This document shows, in pieces, positions 58,643 through 64,000 of a stretch of 64,000 bases of DNA. The DNA comes from Polyangiales bacterium. Lineage in GTDB: Bacteria > Myxococcota_A > Polyangia > Polyangiales > Polyangiaceae. Made by a program: the position numbers and the translations under genes. The notes below the pieces were generated by a model. That model was given only the letters and a program-made list of their open reading frames with translations, was not told the DNA's origin and did not search any database. Every line of letters starts with the position of its first letter. Positions within the stretch are counted from its first letter, which is position 1. Where the stretch lies: NCBI GenBank assembly GCA_038230375.1, contig JBBRNJ010000009.1, forward strand, positions 64,001-128,000. The letters are read 5' to 3'.

Positions 58643-59716
58643 CTAGGGCGCAGCTTTCAGGGTCACCGGGACCTCGCGAAACTTGTCGCCGCCGAAGACC
58701 AGCAGCTTGATGGTCTGGCCCACCGCGTGGGCCCCGATCTGCTTCGCGAGCGCGTCAGGCGAGTCCACTGGCTGACCGTCCACGGCCACGATGATGTCGG
58801 CCTGGGCCGGGTCCGCCTTGAGGCCCGCCGCCTCTGCCGGGCTGTGCGGCGCGATCGCCATCACGCGGACGCCCTTCGTGTTGCCGCTGACCGCCGAGGC
58901 GCCGCCAAGGCCGAGCCAGGGCGCAGGCTGCACCGCGCCCGGCGGCGTGTGGACGAGGAAGTTGCGGAGCGCGAACACCGGCGCGCCGACCGTCACGGGC
59001 GCGCACGGGCCCGCGTCCGCAGCCTTGCATGCGCTGACCACGAGCGCGACGACGTTTCCATTCGGATCCAGGATGGGCGTGCCGGGCGCGACCTGAGCGC
59101 CGCGCAGATCCAGATCGAGCGCGGAAGGCAGGGGCTCTCCGTCCTTGCCCTTCGCGTCCGTCCGGGCCTTGAAATGAACGACGGGCAGCGTGGGCGGACG
59201 GTTGCGACCGACAGAGAGCGCGCGGAGCTCCACGGCGGAAGGGTCCTGCTCGCTTGCCAGGAAGCCGTCGACCCACTTGCCGGTGAGGGGAATGAGCAGC
59301 GCGAGGTCCCAGGTGCGATCCTTGTGACCGAGCCGCGCGCGCGTCACAGTGCCATCCGTGTATCTTACATCTACTTGCTCGAGCCCCCCGAGCGCGGTGA
59401 GCGACGTGAGGACGCGGCCATCGCCCTTCAAGATGGTGCCTATACCAAGGAGCCTGCCGCCCTGCTCGATGAGCACGATGCCCTTCTTGGGCTCGTCCGA
59501 CGCTGCGCCCTTCGCGTCACCACCAGCGCCTGCGCCACCACCGGCTGCGGGTGCGGGTGCTCCGCCAGTGGGCGGGAGCGCGGGCAAGGGAGCGGGGGTC
59601 GCGCCGGCCGCGGACGTGGGCGACTCACCGCCCAGCAGCGCCAGGACGGTGACCGGGAGGGCGAGCGCCAGGACGGCGAGCGCGCGATGAAGGCGGGGAC
59701 GAGGTCGGTAAGCCAT
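58643..59716 (-). CDS. HtrA/S1C-like protein with PDZ domain, degenerate catalytic triad
   Basis: VLTS, DLALL, PGTPILDPNGNVV, WLGL...SPAEAAGLK. Confidence 0.75.
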   Translation of the reverse strand: MAYRPRPRLHRALAVLALALPVTVLALLGGESPTSAAGATPAPLPALPPTGGAPAPAAGGGAGAGGDAKGAASDEPKKGIVLIEQGGRLLGIGTILKGDGRVLTSLTALGGLEQVDVRYTDGTVTRARLGHKDRTWDLALLIPLTGKWVDGFLASEQDPSAVELRALSVGRNRPPTLPVVHFKARTDAKGKDGEPLPSALDLDLRGAQVAPGTPILDPNGNVVALVVSACKAADAGPCAPVTVGAPVFALRNFLVHTPPGAVQPAPWLGLGGASAVSGNTKGVRVMAIAPHSPAEAAGLKADPAQADIIVAVDGQPVDSPDALAKQIGAHAVGQTIKLLVFGGDKFREVPVTLKAAP

Positions 59717-59824
59717 GTTTGGTTCAAGTATAGACGTAGGAAGGCCGGATCGCCTTCACACTGGCGCAGATCCGCCTGTGCTCCTTGACAGAGACAGCGG
59801 GGACGTGGAAAACCTTCCGACCTC

Positions 59825-60085
59825 ATGAGCGGATCCCACGGTCACAACGAGCCCCTTCCGGAGCCCAGCACTCCCATGTGGCTTCCTGCGCTTGGCGCGG
59901 TGCTCTTCCTCGTCGCCGCGATCGCCTGGACGATGTCACCGTCGACGCCCAGCAGCGCGACAGAGACCACGGCCGCTGCAGCGCCCGCAGCATCCGCATC
60001 TCCCGCGGCGCCAACCCCCGCGGCTTCCGCGATGGGCACGATCGCAAGGCCGATGCGGCAACCGCGTCAGCCCATACCGCACTGA
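59825..60085 (+). CDS. Small single-TM protein
   Basis: TPMWLPALGAVLFLVAAIAW followed by an Ala/Pro tail. Confidence 0.5.
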   Translation: MSGSHGHNEPLPEPSTPMWLPALGAVLFLVAAIAWTMSPSTPSSATETTAAAAPAASASPAAPTPAASAMGTIARPMRQPRQPIPH

Positions 60086-60142
60086 GCACTGAACAGGCGC
60101 GCCCGCTCGCGTGTCCAGAGTCGGGGAGTCTTCGTCGTCCCG

Positions 60143-61483
60143 TTACTGCGCGCGCGAATGCACGGCGACCCGCTCGCGGGGCTCGTGGACGCTCAACGAG
60201 GGCCCGGTGACGCCCGGGACGTTCTTCGCGGCGAAGTAGGCGCGCAGCATCTCGCGTGCGAGCACGTTCGCCTTCACGTGCCACGTGGCGCCGTTGACGG
60301 CCAGTACCGCGACCGCCACCTGCGACTCACCCTCCGCAGGCTTCATGGGCGCGTAGCCAGTGAACCAGGTGTAGTAGCGCTGCGCCTGCCCGTCCGTGAG
60401 CGTACCCGTCTTACCGGCGACCTGGATGTTCGGAAGGAACGGCGTTGCCTTCGCATCGTGGAACGCGCGGTAGCTGGTTCCTTCGGACACGGTGTGCTCC
60501 ATCATGACCGACACCTGGCCCGCGGTCTCGGGCGTGATGGCGCGGCGAACGGAGACGGCGCTGGTGGGCGCGGAGTAGACCACGGAGCCCGAGGTGTCCT
60601 TCACGTCGGCAACGAGGATCGGACGAATGAGCTCACCGCCGCGCGCGATCGTCGTGCTGAGGCTCGCTGCATGGAGCGGTGACAGCGTCGTGTTCCAGAA
60701 GCCCGCCGCAGTGCGGGCGAAGCCGAGCTGATCGTCCGGCACGTTCAGCGCGCTCGGCTGCACCGGGACATCGAACGGAAGGCTCTCGCCATAGCCGAAG
60801 CCCTTCGCCACGTCCTCCAGCTGCTGCTTCTTCAGGCTGCGCATGGCCAGCCGCGCAAACACCGTGTTGATGCTGCGGCCCATCGCGCCCGCAAGCGTGG
60901 TGCACCAGCGATCACGCTTCGGATCCGGCTCCAGGTCGGACGGCAGGATGCGTTGCTCGCCGCCGTTGTAACACTCCTTGGTGTCCATCGTGGCGGCGCC
61001 GGTCTCGACCAGCGCGGAGCCCGTGATGATCTTGAACACGCTCGCAGACGGAGCGGTTGCCTCGACCACCAGATCGCGCTGCGGTCCCTTCTCCAGGTAG
61101 CTCGCGTAGACCAGGACACGTCCGGTCGCGACATCCATCATCACGACAGACGCCTCGGGCAGGTGGTAGATGCGCAGCAGCGTGAGCGCGGTCTTCTGCA
61201 GCTCCGGGTCCACCGTGAGCGTCGCCGTGCGCTTGTCGTTGAGCGCCACGTGCACGCCGCGCGGGTCCACCGTCATCTTCGTCGTGTCCATCGCGGCGAC
61301 GGACGCCGGCGGATCGACCGCGGCCTTGATCAACGGTGACGACTTCGCGAGCGCGGTCAGCTCGTCAACCGCGCTCGTGGACGCGCTGTCCGGGCCCGCG
61401 TGCCTGTGAGCTTTGAGCGCGACGACCAGCCCGAGAGGGGCCAGCGGCGCAAGGACGAGTGTTGCGACCCACCGTTTTCGCAT
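60143..61483 (-). CDS. Penicillin-binding transpeptidase-domain protein
   Basis: SVFK (SxxK), SIN (SxN) and KTGT motifs; N-terminal TM. Confidence 0.9.
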   Translation of the reverse strand: MRKRWVATLVLAPLAPLGLVVALKAHRHAGPDSASTSAVDELTALAKSSPLIKAAVDPPASVAAMDTTKMTVDPRGVHVALNDKRTATLTVDPELQKTALTLLRIYHLPEASVVMMDVATGRVLVYASYLEKGPQRDLVVEATAPSASVFKIITGSALVETGAATMDTKECYNGGEQRILPSDLEPDPKRDRWCTTLAGAMGRSINTVFARLAMRSLKKQQLEDVAKGFGYGESLPFDVPVQPSALNVPDDQLGFARTAAGFWNTTLSPLHAASLSTTIARGGELIRPILVADVKDTSGSVVYSAPTSAVSVRRAITPETAGQVSVMMEHTVSEGTSYRAFHDAKATPFLPNIQVAGKTGTLTDGQAQRYYTWFTGYAPMKPAEGESQVAVAVLAVNGATWHVKANVLAREMLRAYFAAKNVPGVTGPSLSVHEPRERVAVHSRAQ

Positions 61484-61571
61484 CGCGCATGGGTGTCACA
61501 TGGGCGCGGGAACTGGGCCAAATAAGCTGCCCATTGTGCGGAGGGGCGAGCGCCTGTAGTGGTTCTGAATC

Positions 61572-64000
61572 ATGACGATTTCCCGGAAGAACCGCGCGCT
61601 CTTCTTGTCGGCCCTCGCAGCCTTCGCTCTGACGGCGTCGGGACCGGTCATGAGCGCCGAACGGCTGGTGCTTCCGCAGGGTGGCGGACTGCCGGCGCTC
61701 TCCGTCGAGGTCGACCTGAAGGCAGGCGTGGTGCGCGCTCGCTCCTGCCCGCACGGCTCGCCCTGCGACGGCCCGACCCGCGAGATCCCCATCGCGCTCT
61801 CGGCGGCCGACCTTCCCGCCGCGAAGGACGTCACCGTGGTCGCCGTGGCCGTGGGGGAAGGCAAGCACGTGGCCCACGTTCGCGTCCCCAGCGCGACCGA
61901 CAAGGACAAGGCGTTCGAGGTGGTGCTGGCCGCCACCGAGGCCGCGCCCATCTTCGCGGGACTCACGGGCTACTCGCTGGGCACACCGGGCGACCGCGAA
62001 GGCTCGCGCGTCACGATCTCCGATCGCGGGAACGGCGCGCACTTCGTGCTGGTGTCGCGGCTCTCGGAAGGGCTGCTCCAGTGCGGTGACGCGGAGACAC
62101 CCGTGTTTCCCGCTGCGCTCGACCCAAAGACCCTGGAGCTGCGGCGCGCGACCCTGCGCCTGCCGAAGGAGGCACGCGATGCCGCCACGCCCATCGTGGC
62201 GACACGCGTGACCGACAACAGCGCCGCGCCGCTCATCTCACCGCTCTTCGCTGCGGTGGGCACCGGTGGGGACTCACCTGCGCTGGTCGACGGCGACGCG
62301 AAGAAGGCGTGGCTCGAGACGCGACCCAACGATGGCCGCGGCGAGTTCGTGACCACACGCGCGCTCGTGAACGTCGGCATCGAGCGGCTGCGCTTCGTCG
62401 TCGCCACCGACCCACTTCCGGAAGGCTTCGTTGCGCCGCGCATCTTCTTCGTGAAGGTCACCGGCAAGACGTTCGCCGTGACCATGCCGGAGGACGCGGC
62501 GATGCATCCCGGTGCCGCCTACGACGTTCCCCTGCCCGCGCCCATCTTCACCGATTGCCTGTCGGTCGTGCTCGACGAGTCGTACGCCAGGAAGGACGAC
62601 ACGGCGCCGAACGTCGGCATCGCCGAGGTGCTCGCGTTCACGCGGTATGACCGACCGGGCGCGTCTCTGGCCGACGTGGTCGCAGGTCTATCCGGACCGG
62701 ATGGAGCGGCGCGCGATACGTCGAAGAGCCTCCTTGGGCGAGCGGGGAAGAACGCGTTGCCGGCGGTCGAACAGGCCTACAACAAGCTCGATGCGGATGG
62801 GCGCATCGCAGCGATGGACGTGGTGATGTCCAGCATGTCGTGCTCGGAGGCGGGCGATCTGCTCGTGCGCGGCTACATCGACGTGGACAAGGCAGTGCGC
62901 TCGCACGGCGAAAAGCGGCTCGAGCGCTGCGGACGCGCATCCGGGCCCGCGCTCCTCAAGGCGTGGGAGAACGCAAAGGACGAAGACGCCTCGCGGCTCT
63001 CCGATCTGCTCGCGACCCTCTCGCCGGACCTCGCGCTCGCGCCTCTCGCGTCACGCCTTGGTGCGGGCTCGCCGAGGGAGCGCGTGGGCACACGCACGGC
63101 GTTCGCGGCGGCGGCGCGCAATGCGAAGCCCGACGCGCTTGCGAGCGCGCTCGCAGGCCTCTCCACGGAAGACGCGCGCGTGGAGTTCTTCCGCGCCGCG
63201 GCGCCACGCATGTCCGACCTTGGTGAGCCGGCGAAGCGGTCGCTCGCCGAGCTCGGGAAGAAGGACGACTTCCGGCTGAAGTGGCTCCTCACGCCCGCGT
63301 TTGCCGCGCTCGCAGAGAACGGCGACGCAGATGCGCGCGCGTGGCTCGTCTTGCGCCTGGGCGCGGAGAAGGAGTGGCCGTTGCGCGCGCGGGCAGCGGA
63401 GCTGTGGCCAAAGGCGGCCGCTGCGGAGCCGTTTCTTGCCCGTGCTTGCGAGGACGCGTCACCGCGCGTGCGTGAGGCGGTGCTGAAACGAGACGGCGAG
63501 GCGGACACTCTCCTTCCATGCGCCGAGTCGACCCTCGCGCGCGATGCGTGGCCGTTCGTTCGCGTGGCAGCCGCGCATACGCTCGCGCGCGGGAAGCCGA
63601 ACGCGCAGGTGGACGGCTCGCTCGCGGTCGCGCTTTCGGACCAGAGCATTGACGTGCGGATCGCAGCTGCGAACGCGCTCGGTGAAAGGCATGCGCCTGG
63701 GCAATCGAGGGCGCTGATGGCGCGGCTCAAGGATGGCAAGGAGGACTCTGGCGTACGCGTCGCCGCGGCACGTGCGCTCGGGACGACCTGCGCGGGTGAC
63801 GCGGTGCCCATGCTCACGGACCTCGCGAAGGACGCCGCACTGCCGCAGGGCGCAGGGCAGGACGTGGCGGTCTCCATGGCAGCAATCCTCGCGCTGGGCG
63901 CGATCCACCCCGCGGACGTGCGCTCGCGGCTGGCGCCGCTCCTCCAGAAGGGAGTGCCAGCGCAGCCGCGCGCCGCGGCGCAACACGCCATCGAGGACGC
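61572..64000 (+). CDS. Large secreted HEAT-repeat protein (partial, runs off window end)
   Basis: ATG at 61572 gives a signal peptide MTISRKNRALFLSALAAFALTA; HEAT units DASPRVREAV, DAWPFVRVAAA, DQSIDVRIAAANALG, EDSGVRVAAARALG. Absent from the ORF track; frame checked at both ends only. Confidence 0.75.
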   Translation, partial: MTISRKNRALFLSALAAFALTASGPVMSAERLVLPQGGGLPALSVEVDLKAGVVRARSCPHGSPCDGPTREIPIALSAADLPAAKDVTVVAVAVGEGKHVAHVRVPSATDKDKAFEVVLAATEAAPIFAGLTGYSLGTPGDREGSRVTISDRGNGAHFVLVSRLSEGLLQCGDAETPVFPAALDPKTLELRRATLRLPKEARDAATPIVATRVTDNSAAPLISPLFAAVGTGGDSPALVDGDAKKAWLETRPNDGRGEFVTTRALVNVGIERLRFVVATDPLPEGFVAPRIFFVKVTGKTFAVTMPEDAAMHPGAAYDVPLPAPIFTDCLSVVLDESYARKDDTAPNVGIAEVLAFTRYDRPGASLADVVAGLSGPDGAARDTSKSLLGRAGKNALPAVEQAYNKLDADGRIAAMDVVMSSMSCSEAGDLLVRGYIDVDKAVRSHGEKRLERCGRASGPALLKAWENAKDEDASRLSDLLATLSPDLALAPLASRLGAGSPRERVGTRTAFAAAARNAKPDALASALAGLSTEDARVEFFRAAAPRMSDLGEPAKRSLAELGKKDDFRLKWLLTPAFAALAENGDADARAWLVLRLGAEKEWPLRARAAELWPKAAAAEPFLARACEDASPRVREAVLKRDGEADTLLPCAESTLARDAWPFVRVAAAHTLARGKPNAQVDGSLAVALSDQSIDVRIAAANALGERHAPGQSRALMARLKDGKEDSGVRVAAARALGTTCAGDAVPMLTDLAKDAALPQGAGQDVAVSMAAILALGAIHPADVRSRLAPLLQKGVPAQPRAAAQHAIED

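Noticed and set aside
62873..63991. 372-aa minus-strand ORF
   Set aside because: Shadow of the plus-strand HEAT-repeat gene that runs off the window end.

Overview
GC-rich chromosomal window whose gene content (several Hanks-type Ser/Thr kinases, FHA and PilZ proteins, ECF sigma/anti-sigma pairs, many lipoproteins) points to a myxobacterium, probably Polyangiaceae/Labilithrix-like (inference). Housekeeping genes include pcnB, a thiolase, purC/purS, a deoxyhypusine-synthase-like gene, tRNA-Gln(TTG), a PP2C phosphatase and a PBP. Two accessory loci stand out. (1) At 16.7-31 kb, a four-gene module occurs twice: TolC-like outer-membrane protein, HlyD-like membrane-fusion protein, processive GT2 synthase with a QRxRW motif, and a secreted beta-rich protein. 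The two copies flank lipoprotein heparinase II/III-like and GH16 genes, suggesting a synthase-driven exopolysaccharide secretion system with no ABC or Wzx/Wzy component. (2) At 33-40 kb is a surface-protein island: three tandem TRL-like lipoproteins bracketed by two paralogous beta-barrel-like proteins, a permuted papain-like (YiiX/YebB) lipoprotein and a duplicated pair of 68-aa lipoproteins. Other observations are a tRNA-Gln att-like duplication with decayed genes, a zinc-ribbon gene with TGA at a Cys position, a hairpin-sequestered 28-aa hydrophobic ORF, two probable pseudo-proteases, sigma54-type promoters and hexamer repeat tracts. All calls come from reading motifs by eye; no searches were run.
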